A stretch of 64,000 bases of DNA from an uncultured Desulfobacterales bacterium (GTDB lineage Bacteria > Desulfobacterota > Desulfobaccia > Desulfobaccales > 0-14-0-80-60-11). Numbering within the stretch: position 1 is the first letter of the stretch; every line of letters starts with the position of its first letter. This document shows positions 9,396-19,959 of this stretch, one piece after another. Below the pieces are notes generated by a model. It worked only from the letters and a program-made list of their open reading frames with translations. It ran no database searches and was not told the origin of the DNA. The position numbers and the translations under genes are program-made. The stretch is taken from the NCBI GenBank assembly GCA_964618815.1, contig CAZUBT010000006.1:739-64738 (forward strand), in the 5' to 3' direction.

Positions 9396-10291
9396 TGACT
9401 ACCGCAGTAAAGACCACGGACATCCCCGGATTAGGCCCCCGGCACTCCGGCAAGGTCCGGGATATTTACGACCTGGGAGACCGATTGCTGCTGGTGGCCT
9501 CGGATCGCATTTCCGCGTTTGACGTCATCATGAACGAGCCCATTCCGGATAAGGGCCGCATCCTCACCCGGCTCTCCGCCTTCTGGTTCCGGCATCTTAA
9601 AGATGTGGCGCCCAATCACCTGATTTCCCTGCAGGTGGAGGATTTCCCCCCGGCCTGCCGGCCCTACCGGGAGGTATTGGCCGGCCGCACCATGCTGGTG
9701 CGCAAGTGCCGGCCTTTGCCGGTGGAGTGCATCGTCCGGGGTTATCTGGCGGGCTCCGGTTGGGCCGATTATCGCCAAACCGGCGAGATTGCCGGCTTGA
9801 AACTCCCCCCGGGCTTGGCGGAGTCGGATAAGCTCCCGGAGACGGTGTTCACCCCTTCCACCAAAGCGGAGTTGGGGACCCACGACGAGAATGTTTCTTT
9901 CCAAGGCATGGCCGAGAAAATCGGGGAGCCCCTGGCGGCCCGGGTCCGGGACCTCAGCCTCGCCCTGTACCGCCGGGCCTTGGATTGGGCCGAGCCCCGG
10001 GGCATCATCATCGCGGACACCAAGTTCGAGTTCGGCCTGACGGACGCGGGGGAGCTATTGCTCATCGACGAGGTTCTGACCCCCGACTCCTCTCGCTTCT
10101 GGCCCCGGGAAGACTATAAGCCCGGCGGCCCTCAGAAGAGCTTCGACAAGCAGTATCTCCGGGACTACCTGGAATCCCTGGGTTGGAACAAGCAGCCCCC
10201 GCCGCCGCCGTTGCCGCCGGAAGTCATTGCCAATACCCGAAAGCGTTACGTGCAGGCATTGAAGGCTTTGACGGGGGAGGAGTTGGTTTGA
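9395..10291 (+). CDS. purC: phosphoribosylaminoimidazole-succinocarboxamide (SAICAR) synthase
   Basis: Full-length PurC-like sequence (GKVRDIYD...[13 protein letters not shown]...ADTKFEFG); ATG at 9395 overlaps the upstream TGA by 1 nt. Confidence 0.95.
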   Translation: MTTAVKTTDIPGLGPRHSGKVRDIYDLGDRLLLVASDRISAFDVIMNEPIPDKGRILTRLSAFWFRHLKDVAPNHLISLQVEDFPPACRPYREVLAGRTMLVRKCRPLPVECIVRGYLAGSGWADYRQTGEIAGLKLPPGLAESDKLPETVFTPSTKAELGTHDENVSFQGMAEKIGEPLAARVRDLSLALYRRALDWAEPRGIIIADTKFEFGLTDAGELLLIDEVLTPDSSRFWPREDYKPGGPQKSFDKQYLRDYLESLGWNKQPPPPPLPPEVIANTRKRYVQALKALTGEELV

Positions 10292-10450
10292 TGAAGGTAT
10301 AAGGGGCCTGGGGGAAAAAGACCTAAGTTTCGCACCCTTTTTACGCCTAAAAACCAGGGGGGCAATGCAGGTGAGGGGCAACCCGGGAAAAATATTCGGT
10401 GGCACAGGCTTTCCAGCCTGTGCGGTCATCTATCCATTAAATTGCGCCTT

Positions 10451-10563
10451 ATACCAATTCGCCATCAAAGGTTTATTTTTCGTAGTTCGCCTGCCTTTTT
10501 AGGGCGAACACAAGGTTCGCCCCTACGATAGCGTTTTGTAATTCTTTGATTGCACCTCGGTAT
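10451..10563 (+). repeat. MITE-like ATACC...GGTAT element containing a family D REP (GGGCGAACACAAGGTTCGCCCCTAC)
   Basis: Reverse-complement copy at 11772-11897; related copies at 43311-43430 and half copy at 32601-32660. Confidence 0.75.
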
Positions 10564-10726
10564 TAAAACACCGCCGAGGGCGGCGGTGCTACACGAACAG
10601 TCGGGAGCTGCCGGTCCCTGCCCCCTCCCCCAAACCCCCTCATACCAAGTTCTGTTTCCAATGCAACAAACTTAAGTTTCAATTTGCTGATAATCCTGGT
10701 CTTTTTAACCGAAACCGAAAACGGTA

Positions 10727-11755
10727 TCAAAAGCTATCCAGGTCGATCTCCCAGGCATATTTGATGGCGTGATTGGCGAAGGTTACTTGCCGGAACCCCG
10801 CGGTTTTTAATTTCTTCAACAGATCGCTCTTATCCAGAAATAAAAACACCAGGGGACGGTTGAACAACACGCAATCCATTTTGAGGGCGGATTTATCCGG
10901 GCCGCTCAATTCCATCTTGACATCAAAGCCCTTGCTTAAAAAATCCCGGTCCAGGTAGGCCGCCAACTCCTCCCGGCCTTTGACGGCCCGCTCTGACGCG
11001 GCCTTTTGCATGGCTTCGTTAAATTTCTTCAGGTCCTTTTCCCGCCGGGCCACTTCTTGGAGCAGCTCCTGGGCTTCCTGGTATGCCTCCGCCTTCTTGG
11101 GGACGGCCTCCAGGTGCTTCCGGGCCTCGTCCAGTCTGCCGTAAGTCCGCTGCTTGAGGTCCTCATGATCCGGATTCCCTTCGGCCAGGGCCTGCTTGGC
11201 CTTGTCTAAATGGAGAAAGGGCAGGAGGCTGTTGAAATCCCGGTCTTTGGCGGCTTGTTTGGCCAGTTCCTGCAAGAGGTAATCCCTGGGGAAAATCGCC
11301 ACCAGCTTATATTCCGGCTTGGGGAAGATTTGCCAGGTAACGGGATCCAGCTTGAAAGACCTCTCCACGGTTAAAGCCTGCACCTTGCCGCCCCGCCAGT
11401 AAAGCTTCACCAGGTCGGGAACGTTTCGGCTCCCCTTTTTCTTCCCCAATTTGAGATAATCCACCTGCTCCGAGACCCAGACCTCGTCAAATTTCACTTC
11501 CAGGCTATCCCGGCTCCTGGACCGCAATTCATCAACCCCATAGAATATATTCGCCGCCTCCCGGTAAGCCTTCCAGACCTCCAGGGACTCCCGGCCCGGC
11601 TCCTTGATTTTCTTAGCCTTGTGAAAATCCCCGAATACCGCGGAGTTAAGGAGCGCCTGCTTTTCCCCCGGTTTTCCCTTGCCGGCCCCGGTCAGGGTGA
11701 CTAGAGAAATCAGGATAAGGACCAGGAACCAGAATTGGGTTAAAATTCTGTGCAT
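10727..11755 (-). CDS. secreted protein of unknown function
   Basis: 342-aa ORF with N-terminal signal-like helix (FWFLVLILISLVTLTGA); Lys/Glu-rich; no family recognised; flanked by inverted repeat elements. Confidence 0.6.
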   Translation of the reverse strand: MHRILTQFWFLVLILISLVTLTGAGKGKPGEKQALLNSAVFGDFHKAKKIKEPGRESLEVWKAYREAANIFYGVDELRSRSRDSLEVKFDEVWVSEQVDYLKLGKKKGSRNVPDLVKLYWRGGKVQALTVERSFKLDPVTWQIFPKPEYKLVAIFPRDYLLQELAKQAAKDRDFNSLLPFLHLDKAKQALAEGNPDHEDLKQRTYGRLDEARKHLEAVPKKAEAYQEAQELLQEVARREKDLKKFNEAMQKAASERAVKGREELAAYLDRDFLSKGFDVKMELSGPDKSALKMDCVLFNRPLVFLFLDKSDLLKKLKTAGFRQVTFANHAIKYAWEIDLDSF

Positions 11756-11771
11756 TTAACTTTCACCTTTC

Positions 11772-11897
11772 ATACCGAGTTGCAATCAAGGAATTACGAA
11801 ACACTATCGTAGGGGCGAACCTTGTGTTCGCCCACCATTCAGGGCGAACACAAGGTTCGCCCCTACAAAAAATATACGTTTGACTGCGAATTGGTAT
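11772..11897 (-). repeat. MITE-like ATACC...GGTAT element with family D REPIN doublet
   Basis: GTAGGGGCGAACCTTGTGTTCGCCC ... GGGCGAACACAAGGTTCGCCCCTAC inverted pair; matches 10451-10563 in inverted orientation. Confidence 0.75.
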
Positions 11898-11986
11898 CAG
11901 AAGTCAAAATCCGACCCCTGGGGAGCCTGCAAATTTATAGGGCGGCCCGTGGCCGCCGTCATTCGGCTGAGATACGTTACCCGCCG

Positions 11987-12769
11987 CTAAAACCTAAATA
12001 ATTTGGTAGGGTTATGTTTAGTGGAGACATAAACTTTCGGGGAAAAGCAGGTTTTTCGCCCTATCAAAGAGTTGAAGGTTTGCAGCGCCAATTCAGGAGT
12101 ATTGTTGGATTCACTTAAGTGAGACAGCACGATATTTTTCAGTTTGCCGGAGCCATGTTCCAATACGGCCAATCCCGTCTGCTTATTGGACAAATGACCG
12201 CCATCGCCGGCAATCCAGTATTTGAGATATTCGGGATAAGACCCGCGTTTCAGCATTTCCGGATCATGATTGGACTCGATGAACAGGAAATCGGCCTGGG
12301 AAATATGGCTGCCGATATTGTTACACACCTGTCCGGCATCGGTAATTACCGATACTCTGATTTTGCCGTGGATGGTGAAGGATACGGGATCGGCTGCCGA
12401 GTGGGATTTGGAGAACGCTTCGATCTGCAAATTGCCGACCCTGACAATATCGTTATTTTTTATCTTCTTAATCAAAGATTTTTCCGAGCATAACAAACGG
12501 TTGGCCGCGGTTTTCTTGGTGGCGAAAATGGGAACCTTAAATTTTCTGGCAAAAACATCAGCCCCTTTAACGTGGTCAATGTGTTCGTGGGTAATGAAAA
12601 TTCCTTTAATCTTATGGGGTTCTAGTCCAAGAACCTGCAACCTGGCGCAAATCTGCCTGGTGCTGATGCCGGCATCAATCAAGACCGCGGTCTCTGCTTT
12701 CCGGTCTTCTATATAGAAGCAATTCCCCCATGACCCCGAAGCTAACGCCGCAATTCTCATAGGAAACAC
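11987..12769 (-). CDS. MBL-fold metallo-hydrolase (YycJ/PhnP-like)
   Basis: THEHIDH zinc motif, SGSWGN... N-terminus, later H and D ligands; lower GC than flanks. Confidence 0.8.
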   Translation of the reverse strand: MFPMRIAALASGSWGNCFYIEDRKAETAVLIDAGISTRQICARLQVLGLEPHKIKGIFITHEHIDHVKGADVFARKFKVPIFATKKTAANRLLCSEKSLIKKIKNNDIVRVGNLQIEAFSKSHSAADPVSFTIHGKIRVSVITDAGQVCNNIGSHISQADFLFIESNHDPEMLKRGSYPEYLKYWIAGDGGHLSNKQTGLAVLEHGSGKLKNIVLSHLSESNNTPELALQTFNSLIGRKTCFSPKVYVSTKHNPTKLFRF

Positions 12770-12845
12770 CGAATATAGGTTGGATTAACGGGGCGCGACG
12801 CGCACCCTAGGGGATTTTTCTGAAGTAAGCGGGGGCCTCTCATTT

Positions 12846-13184
12846 TCAAACACCCTCTTGCGACAAAATTTCTTCAACGCCGCGCTTCAGTGCGGGGAGA
12901 GCATTTTGGGTGATTTGCCATACTTTGGAGAGGTCCACGCTTAGATAGTCATGGATCAGAACATCCCGCAATCCCGCAATTCGCCGCCAGGGGATTTCCG
13001 GATGTTTGTCCCGGGTATCCGGGGATAACCTCTTGGTAGCTTCGCCGATAATTTCCAGTTGCCTGACCACGGCATCCTGCCAATGGGAGGTGGACATAAA
13101 GACGTCGTGGCCGACGGAGGTATATGATTCGATCTTCTGGATAGCATCCAAAATGTGGCGTAAATAGATATCGTCGCTTTTCAC
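12846..13184 (-). CDS. hepT: HepT (DUF86/HEPN) toxin of the MNT-HepT toxin-antitoxin pair
   Basis: Rx4HxY HEPN motif present as RDVLIHDY; GTG start at 13184 overlaps the MNT stop (GTGA); the longer ORF-track N-terminus is out of family. Confidence 0.85.
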   Translation of the reverse strand: MKSDDIYLRHILDAIQKIESYTSVGHDVFMSTSHWQDAVVRQLEIIGEATKRLSPDTRDKHPEIPWRRIAGLRDVLIHDYLSVDLSKVWQITQNALPALKRGVEEILSQEGV

Positions 13185-13468
13185 AGAGGCACCGCCTCTT
13201 TGAGAACCCTTTCTTTCAGATAAGGGCTGACCGCGGCCTCTGTGACCACGTGCACCCGGCAGCCCAGCAAATCCTCCAGGTCTTGCTTGATGGCAATGAT
13301 ATCCAGGAGACTGCGGTCTTCCTCCATCTCCACCAGCAAATCCAGATCGCTGGCCTCCGTGGCCTCCCCCCGGGCCACCGAGCCGAAGACGCGGATGTTG
13401 GTGGCACCGTGCTGACGGGCAATGCGGATAATTTCTGGCCGCTTTTGAGCAAGATCCATGAATTTCAT
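13181..13468 (-). CDS. mntA: MNT nucleotidyltransferase antitoxin
   Basis: GSVARGEATEASDLDLLV = GSx10DxD minimal nucleotidyltransferase motif; 95 aa. Confidence 0.9.
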   Translation of the reverse strand: MKFMDLAQKRPEIIRIARQHGATNIRVFGSVARGEATEASDLDLLVEMEEDRSLLDIIAIKQDLEDLLGCRVHVVTEAAVSPYLKERVLKEAVPL

Positions 13469-13653
13469 GTTTTGTCGGGCTCCGCGGTCCCATGGTTATG
13501 CTTCTCTTCGCACGGACACGGTGCATTTTTATGCACCAGCCGGTCCAGCCGGGCGCAATACAGGGCCATAAAGGTCCGGCACGACCCGGCGCCATCCACA
13601 GCCTGCACCTTGGGGAAAGAGGCATGCTCACACGATAGATCGCACCATTTCAT
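13465..13653 (-). CDS. possible small Cys/His-rich protein, translationally coupled to mntA
   Basis: 62-aa ORF whose TGA overlaps the mntA ATG (ATGA); 6 Cys and 4 His; weak SD; no family recognised. Confidence 0.3.
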   Translation of the reverse strand: MKWCDLSCEHASFPKVQAVDGAGSCRTFMALYCARLDRLVHKNAPCPCEEKHNHGTAEPDKT

Positions 13654-13756
13654 GGGCTGCTCTTATCGTTTCCAAGCCAGTTATACTGATATTTCACAAT
13701 AAGTTATTACGCCTTTCAAGGGACAGTTCTGTGGGGTGCGCGGGCGTACCCTATAC

Positions 13757-16402
13757 CTAGCCCTTCGCCTTGCGGGTGATGATTTCGTACGCCTGGTTCA
13801 ACGCCGCGGGGAGTTTGTCTTTATCCGGTCCTCCCGCCTGGGCCATGTCGGGGCGGCCGCCGCCGGAGCCGCCCACCATGGGGGCCAGTTCCTTGATGAT
13901 GGCCCCGGCCGGAAAGCGGGCGGTGAGGTCCTGGCTCACCAGGGCGACCAGCATGGCCTTGTCCCCGGCCGCGGCGCCGCACACGATGACCCCGCTCTTG
14001 AGTTTATCCAGCAGTTTCACCGCGAATTCCCGCAGGGCCTTGGGGTCCGGGGCCTGGACCTGGACCGCGAGGACCGGCACGCCCTCCACGGTGCGCACTT
14101 CCTCCAGCATATCCCGGGCCTGGGACGCAGCCAGCCGCCCTTGCAGGGCCTCCACCTCTTTTTCCAATTCCTTCTGGCGCTTCAGGGCCTTTTTCAGGCG
14201 GCTAATGAGGTCGGTGCGGCTGCCTTTCAGGAGGGCTGCGGCTTCATCCAGTTCATTCTCCAACTCCTGGGTAAGCTGCACCGCCTCAGGGCCGCACACC
14301 GCCTCAATGCGCCTGATGCCCGCGGCGACGGAGGCTTCGCCCACGATCTTGCACAGGCCGATGTCGCCGGTGCGCTGCACGTGGGTGCCGCCGCACAGTT
14401 CCCGGCTCAGTTCCGGGATGGCCACCACCCGCACTTCGTCGCCGTATTTTTCCTCAAAGAGCGCGGTGGCCCCGGCTTCCAGGGCCTGGGTGACGCTCAT
14501 CTTGTCCGTCATCACCGGCAGGTTCTCCACCACCGCCCGGTTCAGGGCCAGTTCCAGCCTGCCCAGGTCCTGGGGGGTGATGGCCGCGAAATGGGTGAAG
14601 TCGAAGCGCAGCCGCTCCGGCTCCACTAAAGACCCGGACTGCTTGACGTGGTCGCCGAATTGGGCCCTAAGGGCCGCCTGGAGGATGTGGGTGGCGGTGT
14701 GGTGCCGGGCGATCCGGGCCCGGCGCTCGCCGTCCACCTGCAGGTGGGCCGCATCATTGACTTTGACCTCCCCGGCTTCCACCACCCCCTGGTGGACGAT
14801 GAGGTCGTTGGGGAGGCGCTGGGCATTGGCCACCCGGATGCGCCAGCCGTCCCCGGTGATGACCCCGGCATCTCCCGTCTGGCCGCCGGATTCGCCGTAA
14901 AAGGGCGTGGCCCCGGTGATGACCTCCACCTCATCTCCCGGTACGGCCTGTTCTCCATGACCCTCATGGATAATCAGGGCCTTGACGACGCTGTCCGCTT
15001 CCAGGGTGTCATAGCCCAAAAATTGGGTGGCGGGCCACTGGGCCAGTTCCACATAGACCTGGGGAACGCCTTCGCCCAGGCCGCCCTTCCAGGAGGCCCG
15101 GGAGGTCTCCCGCTGGACTTTCATCTGGGCTTCGTAGCCTTCGAAATCCAGGCGCAAGCCTTCTTCCTTGAGCGCGTCCTGGACCAGATCCAGGGGAAAG
15201 CCGTAGGTGTCGTAGAGCTTGAAGGCCACTTCCCCCGGCAGCACCTGGCCGCCCTTGGCCTTCAGGTCGGCCAGTTCGTCGGCCAGGAGCTTCAGGCCGT
15301 GGTCCAGGGTGTCGGCAAAGCGCTCTTCCTCGTGGGTGACGATCTGGGTGAGGACCTTGCGAGCCTCGGTGAGTTCCGGATAAAACTCGCCCATGAGCTC
15401 CACCACCCGGTGGCACACCCCGGGGAGGAAAGGGGATTTCAGCCCCAGAAGGCGGCCGAGGCGGATGGCCCGGCGCAGGATGCGGCGCAGCCCGTGGCCC
15501 CGGCCCTCGTTGGACGGGAGGATGCCGTCGGCCATGAGGAAAGTGGTGGCCCGGCTATGGTCGGCGATGACCCGGAAGGCCACGTTTTGGGACTCATCAT
15601 TTCCGCCATAGGCCAGGCCCGCCAGGTCTTCGATGCGGCCGATGACCGGGCGCAGCAGATCGGTGTCGAAGTTGCTGTGTACTCCTTGAATCACCGCGCA
15701 CAGGCGCTCCAGCCCCATGCCGGTGTCGATGCTGGGCTTGGGCAAGGGGTTCATGGCCCCGTCCAGGCTGCGGTTAAACTGCATGAAGACCAGGTTCCAG
15801 ATCTCCAGGTAGCGGTCGCATTCGCACTTGCCGATGGCGCAATCCGGCCCGCAGGCCATGGCTTCGCCCTGGTCCACGAGGATTTCCGAGCAGGGGCCGC
15901 AGGGGCCGGTATCCCCCATGGCCCAGAAATTGTCTTTCTCACCCAGGCCCACGATGCGCTCCGGGGGGATGCCGGTGATCTTTTGCCAGAGCTGCCGGGC
16001 TTCGTCGTCGTCATAAAAGACCGTGGCCCAGAGCTTATCCTTGGGCAGCTTGTAGTGTTCCGTCAGCAGCTCCCAGGCCATCTCAATGGCGCCTTCCTTG
16101 AAGTAGTCGCCGAAGGAGAAGTTCCCCAGCATCTCAAAGAAGGTGTGGTGCCGGGCGGTGAAGCCCACGTTTTCCAGGTCGTTGTGCTTGCCCCCGGCCC
16201 GGACGCACTTCTGGGAACTGGCGGCCCGGGTGTAAGGCCGGGTTTCCTCCCCGGTAAACGCCTTCTTGAACTGCACCATGCCTGCGGTGGTGAAAAGGAG
16301 CGAGGGGTCGGTCCCGGGCACCAGCGACGAGGAGGCCACCCGGGTGTGGCCTTGACCGGCGAAGTAGCGCAGAAAGGTTTCCCGGACGTCGCGGCTGGTC
16401 AT
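13757..16402 (-). CDS. alaS: alanine--tRNA ligase
   Basis: 881 aa, full-length AlaRS-like sequence including the HxxxH...CGGTH editing motif. Confidence 0.97.
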   Translation of the reverse strand: MTSRDVRETFLRYFAGQGHTRVASSSLVPGTDPSLLFTTAGMVQFKKAFTGEETRPYTRAASSQKCVRAGGKHNDLENVGFTARHHTFFEMLGNFSFGDYFKEGAIEMAWELLTEHYKLPKDKLWATVFYDDDEARQLWQKITGIPPERIVGLGEKDNFWAMGDTGPCGPCSEILVDQGEAMACGPDCAIGKCECDRYLEIWNLVFMQFNRSLDGAMNPLPKPSIDTGMGLERLCAVIQGVHSNFDTDLLRPVIGRIEDLAGLAYGGNDESQNVAFRVIADHSRATTFLMADGILPSNEGRGHGLRRILRRAIRLGRLLGLKSPFLPGVCHRVVELMGEFYPELTEARKVLTQIVTHEEERFADTLDHGLKLLADELADLKAKGGQVLPGEVAFKLYDTYGFPLDLVQDALKEEGLRLDFEGYEAQMKVQRETSRASWKGGLGEGVPQVYVELAQWPATQFLGYDTLEADSVVKALIIHEGHGEQAVPGDEVEVITGATPFYGESGGQTGDAGVITGDGWRIRVANAQRLPNDLIVHQGVVEAGEVKVNDAAHLQVDGERRARIARHHTATHILQAALRAQFGDHVKQSGSLVEPERLRFDFTHFAAITPQDLGRLELALNRAVVENLPVMTDKMSVTQALEAGATALFEEKYGDEVRVVAIPELSRELCGGTHVQRTGDIGLCKIVGEASVAAGIRRIEAVCGPEAVQLTQELENELDEAAALLKGSRTDLISRLKKALKRQKELEKEVEALQGRLAASQARDMLEEVRTVEGVPVLAVQVQAPDPKALREFAVKLLDKLKSGVIVCGAAAGDKAMLVALVSQDLTARFPAGAIIKELAPMVGGSGGGRPDMAQAGGPDKDKLPAALNQAYEIITRKAKG

Positions 16403-17430
16403 GGGGCCTCCTTGTCGGCCGCGGCCGGGGCCGGCATCCCGTGGGAGGCCCGGATCTGCCGCTCCACCTCCAGGACCACCTCGGGGTGCTCCTTGAGGTA
16501 GGCCTTGGCATTTTCCCGGCCCTGGGCCATGCGTTCGCTGCCGTAGCTGTACCAGGCGCCGCTCTTGGTGATGAGCCCCTGCTCCGCGGCCAGGTCCAGG
16601 AGGTCCCCTTCTTTGGAAATCCCCTGGCCGAAGATAATGTCGAACTCCGCCTCTTTGAAGGGCGGGGCCAGCTTATTTTTCACCACCTTGACCCGGGTGT
16701 GGTGTCCGATGAGGTCGTTGCCTTCTTTGATAGGGCTCACCCGGCGGATGTCCATGCGCATGGACGCGTAAAATTTCAAGGCGTTGCCGCCGGTGGTGGT
16801 TTCCGGGTTGCCGAACATCACCCCGATCTTGTGCCGGATCTGGTTGATGAAGACCACCGAGGTCATGGAGCGGCCGATGGCCGCGGTGAGCTTGCGCAGG
16901 GCCTGGGACATGAGCCGGGCCTGGGAGCCCATCTGGGCGTCCCCCATATCCCCTTCCAACTCGGAGCGGGGCACCAAGGCAGCCACGGAGTCCACCACCA
17001 CAATGTCCACCGCGTTACTGCGCACCAGGATTTCCGCGATCTCCAGGGCCTGCTCTCCCGAATCGGGCTGGGAAATGAGCAGGTCTTCCGTCCGCACTCC
17101 CAGTTTCCGGGCATAGGTCACGTCCAGGGCGTGCTCCGCGTCCACGAACGCGGCCACGCCTCCGTTTTTCTGGGCTTCCGCGGTGATATGCAAGGCCAGG
17201 GTAGTCTTGCCCGAAGCCTCGGGTCCGAAAATCTCCACCACCCGGCCCCGGGGAATGCCGCCGATGCCTAAGGCCAGGTCCAGGGAGAGACAGCCGGTGG
17301 AGATCACCGGGACATCCACTTTTTCATCCGCGCCCAGGCGCATGATGGCGCCTTTGCCGTAGTGCTTTTCAATCTGGCCCAGGGCCTGGTCCAGGGCCTT
17401 GGCCTTGTCCGCGGTGGTTTGATCGCTCAT
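16399..17430 (-). CDS. recA: recombinase A
   Basis: 343 aa; GPEASGKTT Walker A; near-canonical RecA sequence; stop overlaps the alaS start. Confidence 0.98.
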   Translation of the reverse strand: MSDQTTADKAKALDQALGQIEKHYGKGAIMRLGADEKVDVPVISTGCLSLDLALGIGGIPRGRVVEIFGPEASGKTTLALHITAEAQKNGGVAAFVDAEHALDVTYARKLGVRTEDLLISQPDSGEQALEIAEILVRSNAVDIVVVDSVAALVPRSELEGDMGDAQMGSQARLMSQALRKLTAAIGRSMTSVVFINQIRHKIGVMFGNPETTTGGNALKFYASMRMDIRRVSPIKEGNDLIGHHTRVKVVKNKLAPPFKEAEFDIIFGQGISKEGDLLDLAAEQGLITKSGAWYSYGSERMAQGRENAKAYLKEHPEVVLEVERQIRASHGMPAPAAADKEAP

Positions 17431-17689
17431 ATGGGGTTCCTTTTGTTAAAATAGTTTATTGGGGGAAGGCGTGCCGTGCATGTCGCATATTGTTCGGCGG
17501 CCACGGGCCGCCCTATAATTTCTGCTCACTGGTCTGAAAAGTTTTCGGTTTTCGGTTAAGAAACCGGCAAGGAGTTGGGCTCCCCGGTCCCAAGCTCCAT
17601 TTGGGAAGACATGTAGGGTGCGTTCTACGCACCATCCAACAGAATCCTTTCACGATTTAAGGGTGTTCCAAAAGTGCATGAATAACTGC

Positions 17690-18265
17690 TTACTGGTCAC
17701 TATCCTCACCCAAAGGGATGACCTTTAACGGCGTGTACACCGACCCCTGGGGGGAGAGCACGCTGCGAAACAGGATGATCTCTCCCACCTGGAAGGGCGG
17801 CCAGTCGGGAGACGGCAGGTATTTGAGCATCTTGGCAAGCCGCTCCCGCCCCCGGGGGGATTTGACCCGCCCCAGGGTGAGGTGGGGATGAAACGTCCGG
17901 CCCTCCAGGGGATAACCCTGTGGGGCGAAGGCCTGCTCCAGCCCCCGGTATAATTGCCCCAAGGGGGCCAGGTCCCCTGCCAACCCCAGCCACACCACCC
18001 GTGGGTTGTTGATGCTGGGAAAGGCTCCGAGGGCGGTGACCCGTAACTTAAATGGGGCCGCGTCCGCGGCGACCTCCAGGGCCGCCTGGGCCAGGGCGTC
18101 CACCTCCGCGTCCGGCACGTTGCCGAAAAATTTCAAGGTCAGGTGGATGTTCCCCGGGGGAACCCAGCGCACCTCGGCGCCGCTTTTTTTCAGTTCCTGG
18201 ATTAGCAATGCCAATCCCGGACGCCAGGCCGCAGGCAAATCAATGGCTAGAAAAGCGCGAATCAT
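17690..18265 (-). CDS. thpR: RNA 2',3'-cyclic phosphodiesterase (2H family, LigT/ThpR)
   Basis: Two HxTx motifs (HLTLKF, HLTLGR) at the expected spacing. Confidence 0.85.
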   Translation of the reverse strand: MIRAFLAIDLPAAWRPGLALLIQELKKSGAEVRWVPPGNIHLTLKFFGNVPDAEVDALAQAALEVAADAAPFKLRVTALGAFPSINNPRVVWLGLAGDLAPLGQLYRGLEQAFAPQGYPLEGRTFHPHLTLGRVKSPRGRERLAKMLKYLPSPDWPPFQVGEIILFRSVLSPQGSVYTPLKVIPLGEDSDQ

Positions 18266-18274
18266 TTTTTTCTT

Positions 18275-18309
18275 AGCTATCAGCTATCAGCAGTCAGCTA
18301 TCAGCTTTT
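18275..18309. repeat. heptanucleotide tandem array (AGCTATC/AGCAGTC)
   Basis: Five 7-nt units; related AGCTGAC arrays at 18463-18490, 32798-32829, about 43445-43472 and 57150-57178. Confidence 0.85.
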
Positions 18310-18338
18310 TATGTGTTTTTGACAAATCAACCACTGGT

Positions 18339-18396
18339 GGTGCGTGGAACGCACCCTACAAATCCGAACCCTCTCGTAGGGTGCGCACTGCGCACC
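18339..18396. repeat. REPIN-like doublet, family B (GGTGCGnnnnACGCACCCTACA)
   Basis: Two inverted family B hairpins 15 nt apart; single copies at 17612-17633, 22568-22588, 24237-24252, 31934-31955, 32524-32545, 49236-49257. Confidence 0.8.
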
Positions 18397-18486
18397 TTCT
18401 ATGACTTTCCTTTGCCAAAACAATACCTTAGGAGTTACGGGATAGGTCAGCAAATGTTTTAAAAGCTGACTGCTAAAAGCTGACAG

Positions 18487-19719
18487 CTACTTAAGCTCCC
18501 TCCGCAGGCGGTCCAGGGCCATCTGGGCCGTCAGGGTTTTGATCTCCTCCCGGTCGCCGTGGAAGATATAGTGATAGAAATGCACCCCTTGGGGCAGGGC
18601 CAATCCCAGATAAACCGTGCCCACGGGCTTTTTCGGGGTCCCGCCGGTGGGTCCGGCGATACCGGTGACCGACAGCCCTACATCGGCTTTAAATAATGCT
18701 TTCACCCCCAGGGCCATGGCCTGGGCGGTTTCGGCGCTCACCGCGCCGTGTCGGGCCAGGGTGGCCGCCGGCACCCTGAGGAGGTCCATCTTGGCCTGGT
18801 TGCTATAACTTACCACGCCGCCCAGAAAATAGTCCGAAGACCCGGAAATATTGGTGACCCGGTGGCCGATGAGCCCGCCGGTGCAGGACTCCGCCACCGC
18901 CAGGGTCAGGCCCTGGTCCTTCAAGAGTCGGCCCACCAGGACCTCCAGAGGGGCCTCTTCCGGGCCCATCAAGGTGTCCCCCACTTCCTGGGCCAGTATC
19001 CCCACCAGGCGGTCCATGGCCGCTTCCAGGGCCTGGGGGTCCGATCCCCTGAGGGTCAGGGTGAGGTGATTCTCCGGGAAGCAGGGGTAGTAGCCCACGG
19101 TCACGCCATGGGTAAATTCCGGCAGCCGGGAAACCACCTCCTGCAACTGGATTTCGGAGATCCCGAACAGGCGCAGGGTGCGCCGGCAAATGGCCGCGCC
19201 GCCCCCGGTCCAGGCCACCAACCCGGGAAGCACCAGCGAATCGAACAAAGCCCGCATCTCCCGGGGCACCCCCGGGAGAAAAAATAGCCGGGCGTCGTGG
19301 TATTTCAGGGAAAAGCCGCAGGCCGCGCCCCCGGGGTCCAGGACCGTGGCCCCTTCCGGGATCAGGGCCAGCCGGGCATAGCGTTCCTCCCAGGGGATGC
19401 GTTTTTCCTCCAGACAGCGGCGGATGCGGGCCAACAGGACTTCGTCCTGAAAGAGCTTCAGATTCAGGGCCTGGGCCGCGGCGGCCACGGTGATGTCGTC
19501 TTCCGTGGGCCCCAGCCCCCCGGTGATAATGATGAACCGGGAGCGCTTCAGCCCCTGGGCCAGGATCTCCCGGAACATGGGGGCCCGGTCTCCCAAAATG
19601 GTGATGCACTGCACCTCCAGCCCCGCTTCATGGAGGCGGCGGGCCGCATACCGGGCATTAAAATCCGCCACCCGGCCGGTGATCAACTCCGTGCCGGTGG
19701 TGATGATTTCGCCTTGCAT
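18487..19719 (-). CDS. cinA: CinA family protein (MoCF-binding domain + nicotinamide-nucleotide amidohydrolase PncC domain)
   Basis: 410 aa; N-terminal GTELI.G...D.N; C-terminal AESCTGG motif. Confidence 0.9.
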   Translation of the reverse strand: MQGEIITTGTELITGRVADFNARYAARRLHEAGLEVQCITILGDRAPMFREILAQGLKRSRFIIITGGLGPTEDDITVAAAAQALNLKLFQDEVLLARIRRCLEEKRIPWEERYARLALIPEGATVLDPGGAACGFSLKYHDARLFFLPGVPREMRALFDSLVLPGLVAWTGGGAAICRRTLRLFGISEIQLQEVVSRLPEFTHGVTVGYYPCFPENHLTLTLRGSDPQALEAAMDRLVGILAQEVGDTLMGPEEAPLEVLVGRLLKDQGLTLAVAESCTGGLIGHRVTNISGSSDYFLGGVVSYSNQAKMDLLRVPAATLARHGAVSAETAQAMALGVKALFKADVGLSVTGIAGPTGGTPKKPVGTVYLGLALPQGVHFYHYIFHGDREEIKTLTAQMALDRLRRELK

Positions 19720-19959
19720 CGGTTTTCCGTGTAAGGATTACTTTGGGGGAGGGGCCGTTGGCCCCCAATGCTTAGTTGCATAAATAACTGCTCGATAAAA
19801 CAAGCATTGTAGCTATAAACGGATATTTAAAGTCCCCCTTTTCTAAAGGGGGATTTAGGGGGATTATCAAGCGCTTATTTAATCCCCCCTTACCCCCCTT
19901 TAGAAAAGGGGGGAATTTTCCCCCGTCGTTAATATGCGTTAGATTAATGCAATCAACCA

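Noticed and set aside
13736-16501. Long plus-strand ORFs (13736-14629, 13770-14900, 14648-16501) opposite alaS
   Set aside because: They are antisense to a full-length, unmistakable AlaRS. The translations are low-complexity and Gly/Ala/Arg/Pro-rich, as expected for stop-poor antisense frames in GC-rich DNA.
17431-17689. SOS (LexA) operator upstream of recA
   Set aside because: I found no CTGT-N8-ACAG, GAAC-N4-GTTC or GGTT-N10-AACC type palindrome. The spacer is occupied by family E and B hairpins and a CGGTTTT array, and recA may be co-transcribed with thpR.
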